A DNA stretch of 63,204 nt, counting the filler, from Folioceros fuciformis (lineage: Eukaryota): assembly GCA_049999805.1 (NCBI GenBank). It is 7 parts of 7 records of this genome, joined end to end, with 100 filler letters (N's around TTAATTAATTAA, not from the genome) between each part and the next. Parts side by side here need not be neighbours in the genome. Positions count along the whole stretch, not along the records: positions 41,261 to 56,578 come from JBNGIO010003085.1; positions 56,679 to 60,029 come from JBNGIO010003088.1; positions 60,130 to 61,939 come from JBNGIO010003089.1; positions 62,040 to 63,204 come from JBNGIO010003103.1; 3 more parts are not named here. The stretch is one strand, 5' to 3'. Below are positions 52,315 through 62,544 of this stretch, in pieces. The translations under genes and the position numbers were made by a program. The notes under the pieces are model-generated. The model made no database searches and was not told where the DNA came from. It was given only the letters and a program-made list of their open reading frames with translations. The first letter of the stretch is position 1. The number at the start of each line of letters is the position of its first letter.

Positions 52315-55300
52315 ATGGGGCGGGAGCACGGCTTCCGAGATTGCGCGATAAAGGCGCATCTGACTGAGCCTTCGGATGTCGAAAACGACGTTGAAAGTGT
52401 GGAGGCTACGTGTGACGACAACGTAGTTTTGCGACAACCTTTGCTACATGGAGGTGTGGACGCAGGGAGCAGGGAGCGGCTGGCGTCGTTGGATGTTTTC
52501 CGGGGTCTCACCATTGCGGTATTGTGAACGAATTCAACCAATTATGCCACTAGAGCAGGAGTATTTCCTCTCGAAAACAGAGGCAAAGGAGAGTCCGGGG
52601 CTTTTGGATTACGATATGCTTTGATTGCTTTGAGGATGAATTTGCAATAACGTACATGTAGCAGTCAGGTGCAATTCCTTCCAACGAGGTGCCAATTCCG
52701 TGATATGCAGCGCAGGTGCAGGAGACGGAGCTGGGAGGCTTAACTAACTGCGTAACTTGAGTTGTGCTCATCCAGGTTATGATTTTGGTGGATGATGCTG
52801 GAGGACTATGGCCTGCTATCAACCATTCTCCTTGGGACAACCTAACACTGGCAGATTTTGTGATGCCGTTCTTTCTCTTCATAGTTGGAGTTGCCATGGC
52901 TTTGACTTACAAGGTATGAACTCAACCTCAAAGATCAAGAATGCCCTGCGTTTTGCTTCGAACCTTGATTCCCATGTTTCACAGCTTGTGTACGTGGTAT
53001 CAATTCGTTTGATCACGAGCAGAGGGTCCAGGACAAGGAGGCGGCCACCAAAAAGGCCATAATACGATCTCTGAAACTTTTCGTTCTAGGAGTCCTCTTA
53101 CAAGGTAGGCGTAGATATTGTTAGACCCGTGGATGGCTCCAAAGTGTCTGCTCTGGTATCTGCATTTGAGAAAAGTGTGTTGTCAGTCATACATCCCCTG
53201 AGGGCTGACGCTTTCTTCATGAACTGTCTCATGTCAGGTGGATACTACCATGGGATTGACGACCTCACTTATGGCGTTGACATACTCTCTTTGCGATGGT
53301 GTGGCATTCTGCAGGTCGTTCTTTTTCTCTGATAATGATTTCCGTCAGTCATCGTTTGGCATCTCCCTAGTGTCATCAGCTCGGCTGACTGAACATGGAC
53401 TGACTTCTTCAAGTTGTCCGCCTTTTGCAGAGAATAGCATTAGCCTATATGGTGGTGGCACTCTGTGAGATTTGGTTGGTTAGAAGACATGTTGCACCTC
53501 GTAGTTTTCTAGACGTTTTCGACAGCTATTCTTGCCACTGGTTGGTTGCTCATTTCATGATCAGACGGCCTGCCACTGCATTCTAACAAGATTAGGGTTT
53601 GCAAGCATTTGCTCTGAGTGCATTCTAACAAGCATTTGCTCTGAGTGCAGAGGTCAACTTTGGCGATAGGTCTCATTTCTGCCATTGACGCTCATCTTTT
53701 TCATATTTCATACAGGGTTGTATATCTGGCAGTGATAATAACCTATCTTGCTCTGACGTATGGATTGTATGTGCCTGATTGGACGTTCCAGACGACAGAT
53801 CTGGTGGCTAGTCAGGTTCTTACGGTATAAGTTTTCCCTCTGTCATTGATTCCATCTATCAGGAAGATGTACTCGTACATCTTCATGATTGATGTATGGG
53901 AGGGGAGTACGGGAATGACTGCTGGTCACTAAAAAAGGGACTGTGTGGCTTGTAGGTGAGATGTGGTGTTCGAGGTGATGTTGGGCCAGCTTGTAATGCA
54001 GTCGGGTATATCGACCGTCTTGTTCTAGGCTCGAATCACCTCTATCACAATCCTGTGTACAAACGAACTAAGGTAAGGGGGAAGCAGTCACTCTCCTTTT
54101 TTTCTCCCCCAAGTGACACTACTGAGTGGGACATGGGCGGCTGAGGATGCAGGCTTGTAGCATAAACTCCCCAGATTATGGTCCGCAGCCCCCTAACGCT
54201 CCAACTTGGTGTCAAGCTTCTTTCGATCCGGAGGGTCTCCTTAGGTGGGTCGTGTAATTTGATCATTTCGTTGGACGTAATCACGACTCACTTCTTGCTT
54301 GACCAGCCTGGTGGTGCGGTCTTATGTGGTTTGTAGCTCCTTCTCTGCGATCGGGAGCTGCTTCATCGGTCTACATTATGGGCACGTTCTGGTCCATTTT
54401 AGGGTGGGAAATGCTCGTCAACCCAACCCGTGCACTACAGTTCCAGGACGTGCATGATGTGCTTGAGGCAAGGTCTTGATGCCTTGCGAAATGCATGTTT
54501 CTGGCGATTTCAGGGTCACAAAGCAAGGATCTGGCAGTGGACGGCACCAGCGCTCGGACTCGTTGCTGCTGGAGCTCTTCTACACATCCTAGGTAAACTA
54601 TCCATTGCCTTCCGAAACTGGCTCACTCCGAATCGAAGTAACCTGCCGCTGATTGTGCAACCACTTCTCCTCAGGAATGCCCTTAAACAAGCCTCTGTAC
54701 AGTTTCAGCTACGCCCTCCTGACAGCTGGTGCTGCCGGCTTGGTGTTCTCCTCACTTTACGTCCTGGTAGTCTCTCTTAGCCGCGAGATTTCTTACACTC
54801 CGTCGGACAACGAATCCGACACGACCACTAACGGGTTCCGCGACTGGGCAGGTTGATGTCTACGGGTGGAGAAAGCCAACCATGTTGCTCGAGTGGATGG
54901 GAATGAACTCCTTGTTGATCTACGTGCTGGCAGCCTGCGGCGTCATGGCTGCCTTCATACAAGGCTTCTTCTGGAAGTCACCCGAGAACAACCTGGTGCG
55001 TCCAAACTTCCAATCCCATCAGTCTGCCGTTGTTCCATAGTGAAGGGGGAGAAGCGTGGCTTGTTCAATTCTTAGACAGGCCCATGGAACGTTCCGCCTG
55101 TACAGGTGACTCACATACTGGAGCATGGGCCATGGCATGCGCGCTCTGAACAGTTCTGAAACGTGATCGCCAGGCTGGTTCTAAATCAGAGCACTGTCAT
55201 GTTGCCACAGGTCAGCCTCGTCGAACAAGACTTTTTTCAGCAAGTGTTCCCGTCCCAAAAATCCGCCAAGCTGGCCTACGTGCTGTTTGAAATCTTTTGC

Positions 55301-55354
55301 TGGTGTGCAGTGGCCGGCGCCCTTCGCGCGTATGACATCCTATGGAAGCTGTAG
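52315..55354 (+). CDS. HGSNAT: Heparan-alpha-glucosaminide N-acetyltransferase-like (HGSNAT/DUF1624) membrane protein, about 13 exons
   Basis: RLASLDVFRGLT, HSPWDNLTLADFVMPFFLFIVG, RWCGILQRIA, CGVRGDVGPACNAVGYIDR, FDPEGLL, PLNKPLYSFSY and WMGMNS. Confidence 0.9.
53577..53649 (+). repeat. 27-bp intronic tandem duplication; the first copy is interrupted by a telomere-like insert
   Basis: TGCATTCTAACAAG[ATTAGGGTTTGCAAG]CATTTGCTCTGAG followed by TGCATTCTAACAAGCATTTGCTCTGAG. Confidence 0.8.
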
Positions 55355-56148
55355 ACTGTAGTCTGCAGGCGTACACCAATGCAGCCTACTTGCACACCTA
55401 GCCCAAGTAGCTCACGTCACACCAGCATAAGTAAGGGTGCGGAGCACTTTGGATGCCGGGCACTCTAAAATCCGGAATGTTTCAACGTCCTGCAGGGCAG
55501 ACCTCGTGAAGAATCTCTTTACTCGGCCGCCTCCCACTTGGACGCACTGTCACAGACATGTGGGGTCCTCCCGTAAGTGAGCCGGAAATAACTATCTTCT
55601 TATTTTAAATGACTTGTCTACCGACCCGCCTGAGCCGGCGACCACACACCGACTTGGCCAACTGACGCAAGTATGCATGTTTGTATGTATGTGTGTACTT
55701 TTTCTGTTCTCGTTTTAAGGTCAAAGTCTGGTCAGTCATCGGCCCCATCGGGAGATCGAGCTTGGGGATCGAATTCCCAAAACCGACCTCGATCGGTCAT
55801 TATTTGGCAATCATTCAACAATGGCGAGCAATTACGGGAGCGGGGACGTGCCGTTTAATTTCGAAAGTCTGGTCCGTGGTTGGCGGATCCAAGGGCATCC
55901 AAGTGTCACACAGTAAAGGGAGTACATTGCAAGACGACCGTTGGCCCTTCGCGTCAGGACAAGGGACGCAGACTGAGCAGCCGCCTTGTGGCCGTTCTGC
56001 TTGCCAGCTACATTATTGCAGACCAGTATTAAAACGTTGAACCTTAGAGAGGGTTTCAATTCACCATCTCCATCCTCCATCCTCCATCTCCCATCCCACC
56101 GTCCGGAATTCTCTCCCTCCTCCCATTCCAATCCCGCGCGAGCCGAGC

Positions 56149-56578
56149 ATGGCGAGGAGGACTGCCCTTTTGGTGCTGCTGGTAGTGGCCGCCGCGATTT
56201 TGGCCCCGGCCCGGGCCGCCGACGAGGACCCGCTGCAGGATATTTGCGTGGCGTCTAATCCGCTTGCGGGGAGCACGCTGAACGGCTTCGCGTGCAAGCC
56301 GGTGGCGGAGGTGAACGCGTCCGATTTCAAGTACTCAGCGTTCGTGAACGGGCTGGATCCGAGCAACACGACAACCGGGGTGGCGGTGATGCCGGGCTCG
56401 GTGTCCTTCTTCCCTGGGGTGAACACGCTAGGAGTGGCGACCGCGCGGGTGGACTTCAGAGTGGGCGGATTCAATCCCCCGCATTTCCACCCTCGCGCCT
56501 CGGAGATTTTCTACGTCGTGGAAGGCAGCATCGAGGTAGCCTTCATCGCGAACGGCTACACCCTGTATAAGGAGGTTG
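56149..56578 (+). CDS. GLP: Germin-like protein (cupin), 3' end truncated
   Basis: Signal peptide, DEDPLQDICVA (box A), NGFACK, PGVNTLG and the germin box G-x-NPPHFHPRASEI. Confidence 0.95.
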
Positions 56579-56678
56579 NNNNNNNNNNNNNNNNNNNNNN
56601 NNNNNNNNNNNNNNNNNNNNNNTTAATTAATTAANNNNNNNNNNNNNNNNNNNNNNNNNNNNNNNNNNNNNNNNNNNN
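56579..56678. other. Artificial contig spacer
   Basis: N44-TTAATTAATTAA-N44. Confidence 0.98.
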
Positions 56679-59600
56679 GATACCATACATAAGGTAATAT
56701 GGTGTCCGCTTGGTAGTGAGTGACCTTCTCAGCAATCCTGTATGCCCACAAAGTTGAGTGTAACTTAGTATCCCAGTCATACATATGCGTCACTATCACC
56801 TTCGTCAGAATTGTGGATAGCAGCCCATTAGATTTCTCTGTCAAACCATTGGCCTTGAGATTGTAGGGAGTGGTCTTGGGATGACGGATGTTGAAGTATT
56901 GAGTGAGGCGTCCGATCACCACGTTGAGGAAATGCATTCCTCGATCACTTACTAATTCCAACAGGCAACCATACCGGGTGATGATATTTTCAAAGAGGAA
57001 CTTGGCTACAATGGCTGCATCATCCTTCCTGGTTGCCTCTGCTTCCACCATCTTGGTGCAATAATCTATAGCCAAAAGGATGTACTGTTTGCGAGTCCAT
57101 CTCGTAGGTGGCTGTATTGGTCCGATGAAGTCTATTGCCCACTTCCCAAATGGAGCTAAAGGTAGAATATATGTCAAGGGCCACTGTGTGCTCCTCGTAG
57201 GCCTCCCTACCCTTTGGCATGCATCACATCGACGGATAAAGTCCCAAGTATCTTTGTGCATGGTGGCCCACCAGAAACCAGACTCTAAAATCTTCTTCAC
57301 AGTGATTGGAGAGGAGTAATGCCCTCCAGCCTCTTCCCCATGTAGGGCTTCCACCACCTGGGCTGCTTCATGAGGTGTCCAATGACAAGTGTCGAGTACG
57401 CGCGGAAGGCCGATAGGCGTAGGCAAGAAGTGATTTTAAAGAACTCATTACATGCCCGTGTCTTATGCACGCGGCAGGCGGTTGATAACCGCTAGGGTTA
57501 CTAACTGTTAGGGTATCCAAACTAACCTACGACCTGTATGTCTAACCTATGTTAGGGTTAGACACGCCTATACTAACATCCAACACCTTCTCACCCTTCC
57601 GTCTGACCCCAACTTATACAGAATGTCCTTCTTCAATCTGTAGGGAGCAACCTTGTGGAGGAAGACAGCTCTCCCTTCTCGCAACAACCCTTCCAGCATG
57701 ATCCCATACCTCAAAAACTGTTTGATGTCATCCATGGACAAGATCTTGGACAAGATCTTGGGGCATGTCAAGCCCTCCCTTCCAAGACGCCCCTTTGAGG
57801 GTGTCCCTACTTCCGTAGGTCTTGTTCCACTCAACCCCATAGGTGCCCTTCGTCCAGTAGTGTGTATAGTGCCATGGCTGGGTCCATCCTTCTCCCTTAA
57901 ACTTCCATTCGCTGCACAGTCTGGCTCCTCTCACAACTTCGCCACCAATCTCTCATCAGGAAACAAATCATCGATCTCCCTTCGCCTTGCTTCAATCTTT
58001 AGTCATGATATGAAATCAGCATTCGCATGTTGTTTCTCTAACCGCGTTTCTACCTCAAAGTCAAATTCTTGTAGCAACAATATCCATTGGGCTATCCATC
58101 TTGAGAGGTCTGGCTTGTTAACCACATACTTCAAGGCAAAATGATCAACATGAAACACAACCTTGCATGCCAAGAGATAGTGCCTAAACTTTTTGCAAGC
58201 ATATATGATTCCAAGGGCTTCCCGCTCCGTGGTGGAATAATTCTTCTCCGCCTTAACTAATTGACGTCCTGCGTAGAAGATTGCATAATCCTTCCCCTTC
58301 TCGTCCTTCTGACCTAGCAGTGCCCCATTTGCGTAGGCAAAGACATCCACATAGACATGAAACGGTTTTTCCCAATTTGGGGGTTGCAAGGTAGGGGCAA
58401 CCACCAAGGCATCCTTCAAAGTTAGGAATGCCCCCTGCCTTGCGCTTGTCCATTCAAAGGGGACATCTTTCTTCGTCAACTCGGTTAGCGGGGCTGCCTT
58501 CTTTGCAAAGTCATGGATGAACCTTCTGTAATACCCCACTAGCCCCAGAAACGCTTGCACTTGCTTTACATTGGTTGGGGGATCCATGGCAATGATGACA
58601 ACCACCTTGTCCCAATCCACCTGTAACCCCCTCCCTGAAACACAATAGGCCAAAAGAACTCCCTCCAACATCCCAAAGAAACATTTATCCGGATGCAACT
58701 TAAAACTAGTTCTCCTGCACTCCTCAAAACATTGGCGTAGGTGTCCAAGATGTAACACCCTCCTTCCAAAGACACAAAAGTCATCTAGGAATACCTCCAT
58801 GAACGTACGTAGGAACTCCTTGAAGATGGTATTCACAATTCGCTGAAATGTGGCAACGGGCGTTGCACAGCCCGAAGGGCAACTTGGAGTAAGCAAAAGT
58901 GCCCCAATTTGTAGTAAAGGTAGTCTTGTCTTGATCCTTCTTCCGTAGGGCGATCTGATTGTACCCAGAGTAACCGTCCAAAAAACTGTACATCTCATGC
59001 CCTGCCACCGTGTCTAGGACACTGTCCAGGAAGGGTAGGGGATGGTGCTCCTTCTTGGTTGCTTCATTCAATTTGAGGAAATCCTGGCAAATGCGCACCT
59101 TGCCTGGCTGTTTCTTAGGGACCACAACTATGGGGGATACCCACTCGCTGTTCAGAATAGGATATATCACCCCTACTTCTAAATACTGGTCCAGCTGCTC
59201 CTGCACTACCATGGAGTATTTTGGGTTCAAACGATATTGTTTGACTCGGATAGGAGTGCTCTCTTCCCTCAAGTCAATCCGATGCACGACCAATTCCTCA
59301 GGGATCCCAGTCATGTCAGTGATTTTAAAGGCAAAGATATCAAGATACTCTGTCAGTAAGCTCCGGAAGGCTTCCCTCTTCGTAGGGCTCAAGTATTTTG
59401 AGATCTTCACTACCTTCTCTGGTGCTAACCAGGGAAGGTAACCCTAAACTCCAATCTCTCTACAGCGTCAGGATCCACGTAGGTCACCTTAGGATTGCTT
59501 CCTTGGCTCACTCTTGCCCCCTCATCTGGATGAGCAAATCCCATCTTAGTATCCACGTGAAAGCAAGAGCCAGCTTCCATCATCTCCTTACTTCCGAAAT

Positions 59601-60029
59601 TCCACCCTGTGTACCCTTGGTCACTCTCCGATATATTCCCTTCTTGACTGCTTGAGGTGTACCCATCCGCAGGGGGAGGAGTTTCCCCCCCATGTGGAGT
59701 TTTCTTCCAAGAAACATACGAAGCTCCCCTAACTTGCCCCTCATGGTCCTTGAAACGAATACCTTGTCGCCCAAAGTCAAAGACACAAGCTGTCTCATAG
59801 AGCCAAGGTCTTCCAATCAACACCTTGTATCCCAACTCTGAAACATGTCTCATCACCAAATAGTCAAGCGGGTAGGGAATCCCTCCAATAATGGTAGGCA
59901 CCTGCTTCAAAACTCCCAAGGGTTGCTTCCGCATTTGGTCTACCATGCGTAAGTAAACTTGGGATGGGTGGAAGGTTGTGAATCCAAGCCGCTTTGCCAT
60001 TTCTTCCGTCATCAAGTTGACCCCTGACC
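56679..60029 (-). mobile_element. Degenerate Ty3/gypsy LTR-retrotransposon pol (PR-RT-RH-INT)
   Basis: Protease (SGVNL just after the truncated DxG; LIGRPWL), RT (WVSPIVVVPKK, FLDGYSGYNQI, LPFGLCNA, VFLDD), RNase H (AEKNYSTTEREALG) and integrase (H..H..CDAC, WAIDFIGP, SDRG, NGLTEKSN). Frameshifts near 59430 and 58862, and a stop after HANADFIS at 58005-58003. Confidence 0.95.
57383..57578. mobile_element. 196-bp solo LTR (TG...CA) nested in the integrase, with 5-bp TSD TCCAA
   Basis: TCCAA at 57378-57382 and 57579-57583 flanks TGACAAG...CTAACA. Removing the insert and one TSD copy restores the reading frame RVRRCWTPHEAAQ. Confidence 0.88.
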
Positions 60030-60129
60030 NNNNNNNNNNNNNNNNNNNNNNNNNNNNNNNNNNNNNNNNNNNNTTAATTAATTAANNNNNNNNNNNNNNN
60101 NNNNNNNNNNNNNNNNNNNNNNNNNNNNN
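60030..60129. other. Artificial contig spacer
   Basis: N44-TTAATTAATTAA-N44. Confidence 0.98.
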
Positions 60130-60599
60130 GAAGCAATGTGTGCGCCAGTAGACCGGCGCACTCATTATGACTATGCGCTAGCATACCAACGCACATATGC
60201 GTAAATAATCGATATTCAGAAAACCCCTCACTTTTTCCAACTTCTAGTAATCCCAATTTTGGAAATTATCATCGCTTCTACCAGTAGGCGATAGCGGCAG
60301 ACCAAGCATGGAACTGGATATTTTCAAGGAATTTTACTATTCGCAACCCGCAATTTTGCCTAGTTTTTTGGTAAACATGATAAATACGAAGTGCGTTGTG
60401 ACCGTTGTTCAGTTTATTTCGGGATCTTCCACACCAAATAGCATGAATCGTGGATATGTGCCACAGAAAAAAACGAAGAAAATCATCCGAAGGCCTTTTT
60501 GGCAGAATACGACCGTTAGGCGCAGACCTTGGTACGTATCTCTTATTTGTGTAGGGTTGAGTGGTGTGTGAACTTCAACCGTGGTAGTGAGTTGCCTTA

Positions 60600-60848
60600 T
60601 CATTGTGAGTTTGGTGGCCTTTCTATGAACAGAAAGGAGATTTCTACGTAGGCCCAATCATACTCCTGTGGGTCATAAAAGCCACGTAGTGAGAGTTCTT
60701 CTCCTACGATCAGAAGCACGGAATAGGTTCGAATCCATACGTAAACCCACAGGTTTTCTCTTGCCTCCTTCAGGTATGAATTCTCACGATTTTTTCTTTT
60801 CCATTCTTGAAGGTCTGCCTGCCTAGCTGTGCGCCGTTGGCTAGGCAT
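60600..60848 (-). CDS. Arg-rich ORF starting just after a PBS, probably the decayed first ORF of a retroelement
   Basis: ATG about 12 nt after the PBS: MPSQRRTARQADLQEWKRKNRE... Stops after 82 aa with no recognisable domain. Confidence 0.35.
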   Translation of the reverse strand: MPSQRRTARQADLQEWKRKNRENSYLKEARENLWVYVWIRTYSVLLIVGEELSLRGFYDPQEYDWAYVEISFLFIERPPNSQ

Positions 60849-60859
60849 GATACATCAAT

Positions 60860-60872
60860 GGCTATGATACCA
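60860..60872 (-). mobile_element. tRNA-iMet primer-binding site (1 mismatch) directly after a CA end
   Basis: Minus strand reads ...TCGTCACA TGGTATCATAGCC, 12 of 13 identical to TGGTATCAGAGCC. Confidence 0.65.
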
Positions 60873-61089
60873 TGTGACGATTATAGTGCAACAAATGCAT
60901 CAAAATCCGATATTTAGGCAATTCATGGTACAGAACACACTGTAGTGTATCACGGCTGAGCCAGAATATAAAGGAGGAGAATAACTGCCAGTTCGTGATG
61001 CTTCGCCCAAATGTCAATTCAGGTTTTCACGCTTGAAAACAAAACGTGCCCTAAGGGCTTGAGTGCTACAACTTCAAGATGCACGACCC

Positions 61090-61256
61090 TTACTTCTTAC
61101 CCTTGCTTGCATTTCTAGTAGGAGCAGTTTGAGCTCGAGATGCAAAACTGTCTTTAGGGGTGCTCCCCCATTCTGCTTGCAAATTGCAGCCTGGATCCTA
61201 GATGCTGCCTCCGGTGTCAAAAGGCTGCCATTCGGCAGGCTTGAAGGCTTGGACAT
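61090..61256 (-). pseudogene. 55-aa single-domain SMP/LEA-like protein with a 1-nt frameshift in a G5 run
   Basis: MSKPSSLPNGSLLTPEAASRIQAAICKQNGG, then in the adjacent frame (S)TPKDSFASRAQTAPTRNASKGKK*. Adding one G to the run at 61165-61169 joins them. Confidence 0.7.
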
Positions 61257-61939
61257 TGAGAGTGGGCGTAGGGAGCTCAATGAATGTCTGTTGGGCCTAG
61301 GAATGAATTTCTGTTGATGTGGTTGCTAGAAACCCGTAGGGTTTGTGCAACACATCTAAACTAGAATGTAGAGAGTATATCCCAAGATATATAGGATAAT
61401 ACCAAGGTCAAGGTATTGTTTATCCTTGTCAGGGTATTGGCATGCTTAAAGGCTATATATGTATGCATCGGCTATCAATCTAAATGTACTTATTCAGAGA
61501 TTGATCAATTGATCTTGGGACTCACTATTTTTTAACATGGTATTAGAGCTCATGTTCTACGCCCAAGTTCTAGAAAACATGTCCTTTGTTGGTTGAGATA
61601 CATTCTCAGCACTACCTTTTGTAAGACTACTATCTCTTGCTTCTTCTTGCATTGTTTGTCGCTATGCAGACCATGTGTCTATAAGAGCTTATATCCAAGT
61701 TAGTGAACCTTGATTGTAGTTATCAATGCGAGAGAGTTGTCTTTTTGCCTGTAAAAGAGTGCAAACAGAAACTACGCTAGTAGTGGAGAAGTTCGTAGGC
61801 AATAACTTTAGTCTATGGAAGTGGAAGGTAAGGTTGATGAAGGTCTAGGACAGACACCCACCACGGAAGACAAGTGGAATGATGCAAAAGTATAGTCAAC
61901 AATCCTACTTAGTGTGTCTGATAACATACTTTCGCAAGT

Positions 61940-62039
61940 NNNNNNNNNNNNNNNNNNNNNNNNNNNNNNNNNNNNNNNNNNNNTTAATTAATTAANNNNN
62001 NNNNNNNNNNNNNNNNNNNNNNNNNNNNNNNNNNNNNNN
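61940..62039. other. Artificial contig spacer
   Basis: N44-TTAATTAATTAA-N44. Confidence 0.98.
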
Positions 62040-62040
62040 G

Positions 62041-62370
62041 ATGTTGGAGGAGGAGTTACGGCGGCTAACACAGCGGCCGCGGAGAGTGAGTTTCGGGGAA
62101 CTACCCGAAGGGACAAATGGAGGAGAACTTGCCCAACCTTCGAGCCCCGCTCACTCGGAAGTGGTTTCAAGGTTGCATGGGGATCCAGGAAACGACGACG
62201 GCAGGTCAGGGCGACCAACCCTCTCGGACCAGATCGCAAACTTCGCAGACGCCCTTCTCGACCATGAGTTCGTGACTAGCCTGAGGCAACTATTGGCAGT
62301 CAGCCCAAGATCTCGCAAGATCGTGAAGGAGACAATTCGCGTGTTGGAAATAAAGCCAACATTAGGATAA
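62041..62370 (+). CDS. Unknown ORF, possibly 5'-truncated, upstream of a PBS
   Basis: 109-aa frame open from the contig edge, ending 131 nt before the PBS. No recognisable domain. Confidence 0.35.
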   Translation: MLEEELRRLTQRPRRVSFGELPEGTNGGELAQPSSPAHSEVVSRLHGDPGNDDGRSGRPTLSDQIANFADALLDHEFVTSLRQLLAVSPRSRKIVKETIRVLEIKPTLG

Positions 62371-62411
62371 AGAACTTAGGGTTTCATTAAGTAAACCGTT
62401 TCAGAGTTTAG

Positions 62412-62513
62412 TATTTAAACAACATACACATACAATTTTGTATTCAATTTATTGTTTTGTATCAAGTTTTGTTGTTCCAAACTACTCTCCGTAAATTCTC
62501 ATGGTATCAGAGC
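62412..62513 (+). mobile_element. Putative LTR 3' end (TATTTAAA box, AT-rich segment, CA) plus a perfect tRNA-iMet PBS
   Basis: TATTTAAA at 62412-62419; ...TTCTCA ends at 62501; TGGTATCAGAGC at 62502-62513. Confidence 0.8.
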
Positions 62514-62544
62514 TCCAAATGCTCTCTACTTTTCTGAAGGCATA

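Noticed and set aside
60726-60738. GGTTCGAATCC as a tRNA T-loop
   Set aside because: Flanks do not form a 5-bp T stem, and no acceptor or D arm is visible.
8919-62039. Recurring TTAATTAATTAA motif and apparent gene neighbourhoods across gaps
   Set aside because: Identical artificial 100-nt linkers. Contigs 2-6 fall in descending size order, so order and adjacency are assembly artefacts.
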